From an uncultured Verrucomicrobiae bacterium (lineage in GTDB: Bacteria > Verrucomicrobiota > Verrucomicrobiia > Chthoniobacterales > UBA10450), in the NCBI GenBank assembly GCA_963772365.1, contig CAVYXA010000001.1, forward strand, positions 1,408,001-1,472,000: a DNA stretch of 64,000 nucleotides, in the 5' to 3' direction. Positions 49,861 to 59,473 of this stretch are shown piece by piece. The position numbers were made by a program, and so were the translations under genes. The notes beneath the pieces are model-generated. The model did not search any database. It saw only the letters and a program-made list of their open reading frames with translations, and was not told the origin of the DNA. Position 1 is the first letter of the stretch. The number at the start of each line of letters is the position of its first letter.

Positions 49861-51362
49861 TGCGCTTTTTCAACACCTATTCGCGCCAGCTCGAAGAATT
49901 CACGTCTCGAGATCCAGCTTCGCGGAAGATCGACATGTACACATGCGGTCCGACCGTTTATAGCCGCGCGCACATCGGAAATTTCCGCGCCTACGTTTTC
50001 GAGGACTTGCTGCAACGCCATCTGGAGTTGCGCGGCTACGGCGTTCATCGGGTGATGAACATTACCGACGTAGATGACAAAACGATCCGTGGCGCCCGCG
50101 AAGCAAAGATTCCGCTCTCGAAGTTTACCGAGCCATTTAAGCGGGCCTTTCTGGAAGACATGGAGACGTTGCGAATCAAGCGAGCCGATGAATTTCCGGC
50201 CGCGACAGACCAGCGTTACATCGTCAGGATGATTTCGATGATCGACACTTTGATTTCCCGCGGCCTTGCTTATCAGGCTGAAGACAAATCAGTCTATTTT
50301 CGAATCAACAAGTTTCCAGATTACGGCCGGCTGGCTCATTTCGACCTGACTCAATTGCAATCGACGGACCGAGTGAAGCATGACGAATATGATAAGGAAC
50401 ACATCGGCGACTTCGCACTTTGGAAAGCGTCGGACGAAGAAGATGGTGAGGTAAAGTGGGATTCACCATGGGGACCGGGCCGGCCCGGCTGGCATATCGA
50501 ATGCAGCGCAATGGCGACTGCGTTGTTAGGCGATCAAATCGATATTCACTGCGGCGGTGTGGACAACATTTTCCCGCATCACGAAGCCGAGATTGCGCAA
50601 AGCGAAGGCGTCACCGGAAAGAAATTTGTGCGCTACTGGCTGCATTGCGCACATCTGCTCGTCGATGGACAGAAGATGGCGAAGTCACTCGGTAATTTTT
50701 ACACCGTGCCCGATGTGCTGGCGAAAGGCTACAGTGGTCGCGAGCTTCGTTATGCTCTAATCCGAGTTCATTACCGCACGCCACTGAATTTCACCTGGGA
50801 AAGTATGAATGAATCTCGCGAAGCGCTCGGCCGAATCGACGATTGGCTGGAACGCTTGCGAGAGATCGGGAAAAATACAGTGGAACTTCGGCCCTCACCT
50901 GGCGCTTCGCGTCCGCCTCTCCCTCAGGGAGAGGCGCGCGAGCAGCAGCACAACGGTGAGGGATTGCCGAACCAAGAATTTGAAGAAGCGCTCGATGACG
51001 ATCTGAATATCTCAGCCGCGCTTGGTTTTTTGTTTGAATCGATTCGGGAAACGAATCGCGCAATGGACCAAAATAAAGTGAACGGTGTCACCGCAGCCGC
51101 CTGGTTGAAATGGTGGAAGCGAATTAACAACGTGCTCCAGCTTGAGACCGAAATGGAGCCTGCGCCGCCGAGAGAAGTGACGCAGCTCGCAACGGAACGC
51201 CAGCAAGCGCGCCATGACAAAGATTTCAAGCGAAGTGACGAATTGCGTGACAAGATCGCCGAGCTCGGCTGGGAAGTGCGCGACACCAAAGATGGACAGA
51301 AACTCACGCCCCGAAGCGCCATGATTTCTGCTCGCAACGAAATGGGCAATTCTTCATCCTGA
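49857..51362 (+). CDS. cysS: Cysteine--tRNA ligase with in-frame palindrome insert
   Basis: YTCGPTVY..HIGN, NITDVDDK, DFALWK, GRPGWHIECS, FPHHE, KMAKSLGN. Confidence 0.96.
   Translation: MMRFFNTYSRQLEEFTSRDPASRKIDMYTCGPTVYSRAHIGNFRAYVFEDLLQRHLELRGYGVHRVMNITDVDDKTIRGAREAKIPLSKFTEPFKRAFLEDMETLRIKRADEFPAATDQRYIVRMISMIDTLISRGLAYQAEDKSVYFRINKFPDYGRLAHFDLTQLQSTDRVKHDEYDKEHIGDFALWKASDEEDGEVKWDSPWGPGRPGWHIECSAMATALLGDQIDIHCGGVDNIFPHHEAEIAQSEGVTGKKFVRYWLHCAHLLVDGQKMAKSLGNFYTVPDVLAKGYSGRELRYALIRVHYRTPLNFTWESMNESREALGRIDDWLERLREIGKNTVELRPSPGASRPPLPQGEAREQQHNGEGLPNQEFEEALDDDLNISAALGFLFESIRETNRAMDQNKVNGVTAAAWLKWWKRINNVLQLETEMEPAPPREVTQLATERQQARHDKDFKRSDELRDKIAELGWEVRDTKDGQKLTPRSAMISARNEMGNSSS
50892..50962. 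repeat. CCCTCACC..GGTGAGGG palindromic element in cysS
   Basis: 8-bp inverted ends; internal GCCTCTCCCT/AGGGAGAGGC hairpin. Confidence 0.82.
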
Positions 51363-51370
51363 GGCCCCAA

Positions 51371-52060
51371 ATGTTTGCGCCGGCTGACCTCCTCAATCTT
51401 GAGCACACCGCTCATCCGAAATTGTTCGAAAATCAGACTTATGTCTGGGAGGCGCTGAAACAGATCGCCAGCTATCTGCAATTTCGATTGAAACCAGCTG
51501 TGCTCGGCGAGTTGCTGGGAAAACCATTCATTAGCAACACGGTTTTTATTGGTGCGGGAACAATCGTTGAACAAGGCGCTTTTTTAAAAGGGCCCGCCTG
51601 GATCGGCGAAAAATGTCATATCCGCAGCGGCTGCTATGTGCGCGAGAACGTGATCGCAGGCAATGGCGTAGTGATGGGTAATTCATGCGAATTCAAGAAT
51701 TGCGTTCTGTTCAACGAAGCGCAGGTGCCACATTTCAATTACGTAGGCGATTCGATCGTGGGATATCGTGCTCACCTTGGCGCAGGCGTGATCCTTTCGA
51801 ATGTAAAGTTGGACCATCGAGAAATTACTGTTTCCGGACCGGATGGCAGTATTGCGACGGGGCTCAAGAAATTTGGAGCAATTATTGGTGACCAGAGTGA
51901 GATCGGTTGCAATGCCGTGATCAATCCGGGAGCCGTGATCGGACGGGATTGCATCATCTATCCTGGTGTAAACTTTCGCGGCGTGCTTGAAGCAGAGAGC
52001 GTGGTAAAAATGCGCCAGAACACTCAGACTGTCAGTCGGCGCGATTTCGAAAAACGCTGA
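51371..52060 (+). CDS. GlmU C-terminal-like hexapeptide acyltransferase
   Basis: GPAWIG, GNSCEFKN, PHFNYVGDSIVG, KFGAIIGD. Confidence 0.85.
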   Translation: MFAPADLLNLEHTAHPKLFENQTYVWEALKQIASYLQFRLKPAVLGELLGKPFISNTVFIGAGTIVEQGAFLKGPAWIGEKCHIRSGCYVRENVIAGNGVVMGNSCEFKNCVLFNEAQVPHFNYVGDSIVGYRAHLGAGVILSNVKLDHREITVSGPDGSIATGLKKFGAIIGDQSEIGCNAVINPGAVIGRDCIIYPGVNFRGVLEAESVVKMRQNTQTVSRRDFEKR

Positions 52061-52079
52061 TCGCGCTGACAAGCGAGTC

Positions 52080-52751
52080 TTAGCTGGAAAATGGATCGAT
52101 TGTCCGGCTCGGCTTCTTCTTTAGCCATCCGAACTGATAAAGGAGGCGATCGAACCAGCCGGTCTTGCTGACATCGAAAATCTTTTTCGCGCTCTGAACC
52201 CATTTCCGACCTTCGGAGTTGTTTCCGTGATCGAAAGCCCAAGCGGCCTGGGCATAATAATAAGCTGGCGTTTCGGTAGGAAACAAAATGGCGGCCCGGG
52301 CCTCACGCGCTTTAGATTGATTATGTTCGCCCAGCGAACTCATCAAAATTCCGAACCGGAGATAATCCGGCCACATCGGCGACTTCACCAGATCCAAAAG
52401 TTTCTCGTATTCGCTGCGCGCCTCCGAAAATTTCTTCTGCTGCAGCATCAAATCGGCAATGTGAATTCTGGGACCGAAAGCATCGTAATCAGATAAATGG
52501 GCCGACTCGAAGGCCTTTGCGGCTTCATCCAGTTTCCCCTGTTCTCTGTAGATGCGGCCTCGCAGATCGAGTGACTGCGCCGTACTCCCGGATTTGTCAG
52601 CACGATCCAGAGCAGCCAGCGCCTCATCGAAATTTCCATTCAAATAGGCCTGCTTCGCAGTGCTCAAATCATGGCTGAGAGCGGGAAGATTAGTCTGAGC
52701 CAAGGCAACAGAACCGAAGACAAAGAAAATCAGGGTGAGGATCGTCCGCAC
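52080..52751 (-). CDS. Exported TPR protein
   Basis: GTG start with signal peptide (..GSVALAQ); TPR-like helices. Confidence 0.75.
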   Translation of the reverse strand: MRTILTLIFFVFGSVALAQTNLPALSHDLSTAKQAYLNGNFDEALAALDRADKSGSTAQSLDLRGRIYREQGKLDEAAKAFESAHLSDYDAFGPRIHIADLMLQQKKFSEARSEYEKLLDLVKSPMWPDYLRFGILMSSLGEHNQSKAREARAAILFPTETPAYYYAQAAWAFDHGNNSEGRKWVQSAKKIFDVSKTGWFDRLLYQFGWLKKKPSRTIDPFSS

Positions 52752-52801
52752 GGGAAGATCATTTCTGATCAGGGCGCGCGGGGCAAGAGCAAGTTGCAGC
52801 G

Positions 52802-52886
52802 CGGATGGGGGGGGATTCGAACCCCCGGTGCCTTTCGGCACACACGCTTTCCAGGCGTGCACAATCGACCGCTCTGTCACCCATCC
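52802..52886 (-). tRNA. tRNA-Ser(GGA), CCA not encoded
   Basis: GGATGGG/CCCATCC acceptor stem, CACGC-CTGGAAA-GCGTG anticodon arm, long variable arm, GGTTCGAATCC T-arm. Confidence 0.95.
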
Positions 52887-53010
52887 TTTTGACTCCTGCT
52901 CGTGCTCGTAATCGTGATCGCCTTCATCTCGCCTGCGGCGCGGCGGGCATCTTACAACATCGAGAGGCCACACGCGAATTGCGCGTTGTAGTCCTCAACC
53001 GATTCAGCCC

Positions 53011-53103
53011 GTCATTCTGAGCGAAGCGAAAAATCTCATATCATTTCGCCTGAGCATTCGACGAGGTGAATGGCTCGAGATATTTCGCTTCGCTCAATAT
53101 GAC
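53011..53103. repeat. Inverted-pair palindromic repeat (GTCAT..GAGCG family)
   Basis: gtcattctgagcgaagcgaaaaatctc ... gagatatttcgcttcgctcaatatgac. Confidence 0.85.
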
Positions 53104-53135
53104 AGAAACGGGAAGAAGCCAATGCTGCGTCGCTT

Positions 53136-53952
53136 CTACAATTGCAATCGCCGGAACAGTTCATCGAGCGGCAATTGGATCCCGATAAAGAATTCGCCGA
53201 AATCAGCGTATTCGGCGCTCACCGGATCAAAGCGCATTTTGTAAACGATGGCCTTGATTTGGAATGTGTCGCGCGAGAACAAGGTGACGCCCCACTCGGC
53301 ATCGTCCAAACCTGTCGATCCGGTGATGAGCTGTTTGACTTTCCCGGCAAATTCGCGGCCAACAGTAGCGTGGCCTTTCATCAGTTTTTTCCGCTCGTCG
53401 TAGGGAAGAGCATACCAATTGCGCTGGTCGCCGCGGCGCTTGTTCATATTGTAGAAGCAGACAACCGGCCAATCAGGCAGTGTCGGATAAACCCGATCCT
53501 GCCGATAATGTTTGATTCGGTCGCGAAAGGTAGCCAGGGCCTGCTCCAGTTTCGCTGGATCGCTTCGGGTAGCCTGATCGAGCCCCTGAATATATTCGTC
53601 TTCCGTACCTGATATATTCGCTCTCCTCCGTGAGAGAAAGATAACTGTAAACAGGTGTCAGAACGTCAGGACCGAGTGCGAGAGTCAACCGCTTTTCGAT
53701 CTTGTTCGCCGTGTGCAAATCCGGCGTGAGCAACATGAAACCGAGATCCGCTTTCGGAGTGACGATGCTCAGCGTGAGCAATTGCGTCGAATCCATCGCC
53801 CGAATTTCTTGAACCAGCGACGTCAGATTCGTTTTTGCCGCGTTTTGTTCCGCTCGGTTGAGCAGTTGCCACTGGCCATATTCGATCCGGTAGAACAAAT
53901 GCAGGCAATGCCAACCCTCTTCAGGGAGAAGCGCGGTATTCTTATCAGTCAT
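53136..53952 (-). CDS. chdC: Coproheme decarboxylase / chlorite-dismutase family protein, frameshifted at about 53500-53610
   Basis: [40 protein letters not shown]...ER..LM..H...GR, GSTGLDD.EWGVTL, MRFD. Confidence 0.82.
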
Positions 53953-54081
53953 CGCCGGCTAGTTTCGGACGTTGGTCGCGTTGGTCAAGATGCCATGAAT
54001 TTTTCATATAACCCGTCACCTGCACCTATCATGAACGGTGACAAATTCCGCGCAGTGATCCCTCGGGGGTTTTTGCCAGAT

Positions 54082-54861
54082 CTACGTCGCAGGCGTTTCG
54101 GCTCGTGGTAAATGCGCCAGGCAATACTCTTCGCCATCGCGGGCCACGCGGAACTCAAGATTCGGATCGCTCAGTTCGGTCGCACCGCAAACGGCGCATT
54201 TGTGCAGCGGCTCCGCTTCCGGTCGCGCCTGCGATTCAAAACGCCGGCGGCGCTTTGAGACTTCACCACGATGCCGGGCGTCATGGATGATCTGCGGTCC
54301 AAAGAAGATCAGATAATTGCTCAATGCAGCGACCATGGCCATTCGATAGGCATTCCCGTTCGTCACAAAACCGAACAACAACAACGCGGCCGTGACCCAG
54401 GCGATCCATTTGATCTTCGCCGGCAGGATAAAAAAGATGTAGATTACTTCCTCGGGATAAAATCGGGCGAAAGCGAAGAATAAAGATGCGATGAGCATCT
54501 CATTGGAAAAATTGCTGCCGAAGAAAAATGCCGCGGCGGTCGTGCCGATCCATCCCACAAAGAAATACAGCGTAAATCGGAATGCGCCCCACGCCCGTTC
54601 GATCCCTTCTCCAATCCACCAAAGAAACCAGAGAACGAGGATGATCCAAAAGCTAAGTGTTTGCGGCAGGAAGATGTAGGTGAATAGCCGCCAGACCTGG
54701 CCGTGAAGTATTCGTCCCGGGTCGAGCGCGAGAAAAAATCGAAAAGGCGGATTCAGCCAGATCAGCAACCAGACCAGGGCGGTGAAACCGACAACGATGC
54801 GCATGAGTCCCGGAATGCCAAGAAAACCGAAGCGGCGCTCGAGTTTGTTGAGGAAAGTCAT
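54082..54861 (-). CDS. Conserved membrane protein (rhomboid/Der1-like N-terminus) with C-terminal Cys/His motif
   Basis: GQVWRLFTYIF, several TMs, HKCAVCG..YCLAH. Confidence 0.7.
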   Translation of the reverse strand: MTFLNKLERRFGFLGIPGLMRIVVGFTALVWLLIWLNPPFRFFLALDPGRILHGQVWRLFTYIFLPQTLSFWIILVLWFLWWIGEGIERAWGAFRFTLYFFVGWIGTTAAAFFFGSNFSNEMLIASLFFAFARFYPEEVIYIFFILPAKIKWIAWVTAALLLFGFVTNGNAYRMAMVAALSNYLIFFGPQIIHDARHRGEVSKRRRRFESQARPEAEPLHKCAVCGATELSDPNLEFRVARDGEEYCLAHLPRAETPAT

Positions 54862-54910
54862 CGTTGCGGCAGCATTGCGCAGTCCGACGGCGAAGTCTAG
54901 GCTTGGCCCC

Positions 54911-55972
54911 GTGAACGAATCCGCCAGACGCACCCCGCTTTACGAGGAACATGTGCGGCTAGACGCGAAGATTGTACCCTTCGCCGGCTGGCTGATGCCG
55001 GTGCAGTACACCAGCATCGTCGATGAGCACAAAGCTGTGCGAAACAGTGTCGGCATTTTCGACATTTCACACATGGGCCAATTGATTGTCGATGGTACCG
55101 ACGCACGCAATTGGCTCAATACGATGCTGACCAACAACATCGACAAACTCGAGGTTGGCACCGGCCAATACACATTTCTGCTGAACGATAACGGCGGGAT
55201 TATCGACGACCTGATCGCATACCGAATCGCCGATGAACAAATTTTGCTGGTCGTGAACGCAGCGCGGACCGACGAAGATCTCGCATGGCTCCAAAAACAT
55301 TTGCGCGGCGAAATTAGGATCGACAACCGCAGCGAAAAATTTGGCGGGGTTGCTATCCAGGGGCCGGGCGTAGTCGAATTATTCGACGAGTTGCCAGCGA
55401 GAAATCACATTGTCGATGTTACGATCGACGGAATGCCGGTTTCGATCGCGCGGACTGGATACACGGGCGAAGACGGCGTCGAAGTTTTCTTCCGCGCGGA
55501 AGACGCAGTGAAATTCTGGAGACTGATGGTGGATCGCGGTGCGAAACCATGTGGACTTGGTGCGCGCGATACGTTGCGACTCGAGATGTGTTACCCGCTC
55601 AACGGTTCAGATCTTTCACCAGAACGAAATCCGATCGAAGCCGGACTCGGTTTCTTTGTCGATCTTACCAAGCCAAAGTTCATCGGCCGTGATGCGTTAA
55701 TAAAAACCAAAGAGAACGGTCCGCGTGAAAAGCTGGTTTCATTTCGAATGAAAGAGAAAGGGCCGCCGCCGCGGTCGCATTATGCCGTGTTCGAGAACAG
55801 CGACCGGATTGGTAAGGTCACGAGCGGAACACTTTCTCCGAGCTTGAACTGGGGCATTGGGATGGCGTATGTGTCGGCCAAACACGCGAAGATCGGCGCC
55901 GAGATCGACATCGAGATTCGCGGTCAAAAATTTCCGGCCGTTATCGAAAAGAAACCGTTATATAAAAAATAA
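54911..55972 (+). CDS. gcvT: Glycine cleavage system aminomethyltransferase T
   Basis: RTPLY, FAGWLMPVQY, FDISHMG, GGIIDD, ARTGYTGEDG, GLGARDTLRLE. Confidence 0.96.
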   Translation: MNESARRTPLYEEHVRLDAKIVPFAGWLMPVQYTSIVDEHKAVRNSVGIFDISHMGQLIVDGTDARNWLNTMLTNNIDKLEVGTGQYTFLLNDNGGIIDDLIAYRIADEQILLVVNAARTDEDLAWLQKHLRGEIRIDNRSEKFGGVAIQGPGVVELFDELPARNHIVDVTIDGMPVSIARTGYTGEDGVEVFFRAEDAVKFWRLMVDRGAKPCGLGARDTLRLEMCYPLNGSDLSPERNPIEAGLGFFVDLTKPKFIGRDALIKTKENGPREKLVSFRMKEKGPPPRSHYAVFENSDRIGKVTSGTLSPSLNWGIGMAYVSAKHAKIGAEIDIEIRGQKFPAVIEKKPLYKK

Positions 55973-56006
55973 CCGCGCCGCTGAGGACAGCGGCCCCTAC
56001 AACATC

Positions 56007-56384
56007 ATGAATGTTCCCGAAGATTTACTTTATACCGAGAGCCACGAATGGATTCGCCGCGAAGGCGATAGAATTCGCGTCGGCATCACCGATCACGCCC
56101 AATCGGAGCTGACCGATGTCGTGTTTGTCGAGCTGCCGAAAATGGATCGACAAGTGAACGCGAAGGAAGCAATTGCCGTCGTCGAATCAGTGAAGGCCGC
56201 GAGCGATATTTACGCTCCAGTTAAAGGCAAAGTTGTCGAAGTAAACAAAGCTCTCGAAGCGGATCCGGGTTTGATCAATCGCGAACCGTTTGGCCAAGGC
56301 TGGATTTTTGTCCTCAAGATCGACAATGCGGATGATTTGAAAAATTTGAAAGACGCTGCCGCCTACAAGAAGCAGATTGTCTAG
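56007..56384 (+). CDS. gcvH: Glycine cleavage system H protein
   Basis: SHEW, VGITDHAQ, VESVKAASDIYAPV lipoyl motif. Confidence 0.96.
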   Translation: MNVPEDLLYTESHEWIRREGDRIRVGITDHAQSELTDVVFVELPKMDRQVNAKEAIAVVESVKAASDIYAPVKGKVVEVNKALEADPGLINREPFGQGWIFVLKIDNADDLKNLKDAAAYKKQIV

Positions 56385-56386
56385 TC

Positions 56387-56414
56387 TGTCATTCTGAGCG
56401 AAGCGAAGAATCTC
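56387..56414. repeat. Single arm of GTCAT..GAGCG repeat family
   Basis: tgtcattctgagcgaagcgaagaatctc just after the gcvH stop. Confidence 0.8.
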
Positions 56415-56495
56415 CGATCATTTTCCTCCGCCAGCTCGCTCTGTGTAAGTCAATAACACGAAGAGCTGCGAAAGCAGCAAATGGATGCGGTACCA

Positions 56496-56879
56496 CTAGT
56501 CTTTACCAAAAAGAAGCTCGTCCACGCCGCGGAGCACCTCTTCGATCCGCACAGGCGCGGCGAAAAAGCTGTGGCCGCTCAGAATCCCGCCGGAAATCAT
56601 CTGGCTCTCCGGCTTGAGATTGCTCAGGCAAACCACCGGAGTGTCTTTAAGAACGGTGTCGTTGTGTAGCTGACGCTCAAGAACCTGACCCTCGGGACTT
56701 GTCGGTGGGGTATCGAGCAGGATCAAATCGGGCTGGAAACCGCGAGCGGTTTGAATTGCCGAGTGATCATCGTGCTCTTCCTGGACCAAATATTTGCCGG
56801 CCTTTTCCAATGCCTGCCGAACGAGCCGCGTAACTCCCGGTTCGTGATCGACCAATAAGATTTTTTTGGGTGTGCTCAT
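56496..56879 (-). CDS. Single-domain response regulator (atypical)
   Basis: KKILLVDHE, PDLILLD, TPVVCLS; the conserved Lys appears replaced (FAAPV). Confidence 0.8.
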   Translation of the reverse strand: MSTPKKILLVDHEPGVTRLVRQALEKAGKYLVQEEHDDHSAIQTARGFQPDLILLDTPPTSPEGQVLERQLHNDTVLKDTPVVCLSNLKPESQMISGGILSGHSFFAAPVRIEEVLRGVDELLFGKD

Positions 56880-57036
56880 GATAAGCTGAAATCGGCAACG
56901 TTTGGAGCATCGGATGTGCCAGCAGGCCAGCGCCATCGACACCACAAAAACAGAACCAGGCGTCGCTGGATTAGAACTTCGTCCATATGATCATTTTCGA
57001 CACGACAGCGCGCCTGCCGTTTCATAGGATTGAACC

Positions 57037-58581
57037 ATGAACGACCCGATCCTCATCGCGGTAGCGAACTCTCCGATTTATCTGTTGCCGAAAATGGCGA
57101 ACCGTCACGGCCTGATCGCCGGCGCAACCGGGACTGGCAAGACAGTGACCTTGCAGACACTCGCAGAAAATTTCAGCGCCCGCGGTGTGCCGGTGTTTAT
57201 GGCCGACGTAAAAGGCGATCTCGCCGGATTGAGTCAACCCGGCGGAAACAATTCGAAAATCGTCGAGCGGGTAAAGGAACTTAAGATCGACGATTTTAAA
57301 GGCGAAGCCAGCCCGGTGATTTTCTGGGACGTATTTGGCGAGCAGGGTCATCCTGTCCGCGCCACCGTCTCCGAAATGGGCCCACTTTTGTTGGGACGCT
57401 TGCTGGAACTCAACGAGACCCAGGAAGGCGTGCTCAACATGGTGTTTAAGATCGCTGATGAAAACGGTCTTCTGCTTCTCGATCTAAAAGATTTGCGCGC
57501 GATGCTGCAATACGTCGCCGACAACGCCGATCAGTTCCAGACTCAGTATGGAAACATTTCCGCGGCGAGTGCGGGAGCAATCCAGAGAAGCTTGCTCGCT
57601 CTTGAATCGCAAGGCGCCGACAAGTTTTTCGGCGAACCTGCGCTGAACTTGCAGGACCTGATCCAGACCGAAGGCGGCAAAGGCATTATCAATATTCTGG
57701 CCGCGGACCGTTTGATGCAAAAATCGCCGAAAGTTTATGCAACTTTCCTGCTCTGGATGCTGTCGGAATTGTTTGAGACGTTGCCGGAGATTGGCGATCC
57801 GGAAAAACCGAAGCTGGTTTTTTTCTTCGACGAAGCGCACTTGCTGTTCACCGATATCGCCAAGCCGGTGGAAGAGAAGATCGAGCAAATGGTGCGACTG
57901 ATTCGATCCAAAGGCGTCGGCGTATATTTTGTAAGTCAGAATCCGCTCGATATTCCGGACGTAGTGCTGGGGCAACTTGGGAACCGGGTGCAGCATGCAT
58001 TGCGCGCATTTACTCCGCGCGATCAGAAGGCGGTGCTGGCGGCAGCCGAAACGTTCCGACAGAATCCAAAGTTTAAGATCGACAAAGTGATCACTGAACT
58101 GGGTGTGGGCGAAGCATTGGTATCGATGCTGGATGAAAATGGCAGCCCGGAAATTGTGGAACGGGCCAAGATCGTTCCTCCGCGCAGCCAGATCGGTGCA
58201 ATCACGCCAGAGCAACGCAAAGAAATCGTCTCTTCATCCCTCATTGCCGGTCATTATGAGAAGGCAGTCGATCGCGAATCGGCTTATGAGAAATTGCAGG
58301 CCCGGGCAGCTGACAAAGTGGAAAGCGCGGGAGCTCCGCCCGCCGCTGCCACCAGCACTGGAGCTCCAGAAGGAGCGAAACCTTCATTGCTAGCTGAGGC
58401 GCTCGGAACGGTTACGTCGGCGTTCCAACCAACCGTCGGCCCGCGGGGTGGAATCCACGATTCGGTGGCAACATCAATGGCCAAGAGCGCTATGCGCGCG
58501 GCCAGCAGTCAAATCGGGCGGCAAGTCGTGCGTGGCTTGCTGGGCGGAATCCTCGGGGGAAGCGGGCGAAGGCGATATTAG
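57037..58581 (+). CDS. DUF853/YjgR-family HerA-like P-loop ATPase
   Basis: [48 protein letters not shown]. Confidence 0.9.
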   Translation: MNDPILIAVANSPIYLLPKMANRHGLIAGATGTGKTVTLQTLAENFSARGVPVFMADVKGDLAGLSQPGGNNSKIVERVKELKIDDFKGEASPVIFWDVFGEQGHPVRATVSEMGPLLLGRLLELNETQEGVLNMVFKIADENGLLLLDLKDLRAMLQYVADNADQFQTQYGNISAASAGAIQRSLLALESQGADKFFGEPALNLQDLIQTEGGKGIINILAADRLMQKSPKVYATFLLWMLSELFETLPEIGDPEKPKLVFFFDEAHLLFTDIAKPVEEKIEQMVRLIRSKGVGVYFVSQNPLDIPDVVLGQLGNRVQHALRAFTPRDQKAVLAAAETFRQNPKFKIDKVITELGVGEALVSMLDENGSPEIVERAKIVPPRSQIGAITPEQRKEIVSSSLIAGHYEKAVDRESAYEKLQARAADKVESAGAPPAAATSTGAPEGAKPSLLAEALGTVTSAFQPTVGPRGGIHDSVATSMAKSAMRAASSQIGRQVVRGLLGGILGGSGRRRY

Positions 58582-58627
58582 CGGGCTGGAACTGAAGCGC
58601 AGGGCACGCCGATCAGTTCGTTCGAAA

Positions 58628-58661
58628 AATCGCCGGCGCGATCCGAATTACGCCGGCGATT
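58628..58661. terminator. Hairpin between convergent genes
   Basis: AATCGCCGGCG / CGCCGGCGATT 11-bp stem with an upstream A-run. Confidence 0.6.
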
Positions 58662-58722
58662 CTAATTCGTGGGATCGGCATCTCCGCCGATTTTCCTCGA
58701 TGGGCTGGAAGTCCTGACTACA

Positions 58723-59010
58723 TTACTTTTTCTTCGCTTCTTTTTTCGCCGCGCCCTTGGCTTCGATATCGATAGCCGTCATCGTGTAGTGAACGGTCAC
58801 CTTATCGCCCACTTTGACTTCCCCGCTCATTTTAGTGTTGGCATCGCGCGCGATCTCCCAACGGTCTTTCCCTTTTTGGACCGCGATCATCGAGTCGTTC
58901 ATTTCGAGGACGGGTCCTGTGACCTGATATTCCTTCGTTCCGGCGAACGCCAGGCTGCTGAGCGCGAGGCTTGCTGCTGTTAAAAGACTGACTGCTGTGG
59001 TGGTTTTCAT
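58723..59010 (-). CDS. Small exported protein
   Basis: Signal peptide (..SLAFA), short beta-rich core, Lys-rich tail. Confidence 0.75.
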   Translation of the reverse strand: MKTTTAVSLLTAASLALSSLAFAGTKEYQVTGPVLEMNDSMIAVQKGKDRWEIARDANTKMSGEVKVGDKVTVHYTMTAIDIEAKGAAKKEAKKK

Positions 59011-59155
59011 AGTGTGCCTGATTAGACTACCGGCAACGTGTTCTATTCAAGACTTTTGCGCTGGCCAACTTGATGTCCAGACGATTGGGCACTCGCCGGC
59101 AGTCAAGATGTCGGCTTTTCCGAGAGGCACCACTGTGCTTAATTGCGAGTTCGAC

Positions 59156-59473
59156 ATGAGCAGCAAACCGAAGTCGCCTGCAGCTGAGCTCAATTTCGAG
59201 AAAGCGATGGATCGACTCGAAGCAATCGTCGACCAGATGGAATCGGGTAAATTACATCTGGAGGATCTGATTGTGCGTTATGAAGAAGGAATGGGCCTGG
59301 TAAAAATTTGCCAGGAACGACTTGCCAGCGCCGAACAAAAGATCGAGATGATTGCACGAGACAAGGCGGGCAAACCGATCGTGAAAGATTTTGAACCTGC
59401 CGCAGATACGTCTGCCGAGACTCAGCCAGCCGAAAGGGAAGAAAAGCAAAATGACGACGTCAGACTCTTCTGA
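59156..59473 (+). CDS. xseB: Exodeoxyribonuclease VII small subunit
   Basis: FEKAMDRLEAIV..MESG.L.LE....YEEG..L...C...L..AEQKI. Confidence 0.92.
   Translation: MSSKPKSPAAELNFEKAMDRLEAIVDQMESGKLHLEDLIVRYEEGMGLVKICQERLASAEQKIEMIARDKAGKPIVKDFEPAADTSAETQPAEREEKQNDDVRLF

Noticed and set aside
52802..52886. tRNA as integration site of an island
   Set aside because: No integrase and no duplicated tRNA 3' end seen; flanks are ordinary genes.
52752..52973. N-terminal extension of the TPR ORF
   Set aside because: It runs through tRNA-Ser; the signal peptide begins at GTG 52751.
54862..54910. Glycine riboswitch before gcvT
   Set aside because: The gap is only ~50 bp with no aptamer motifs.
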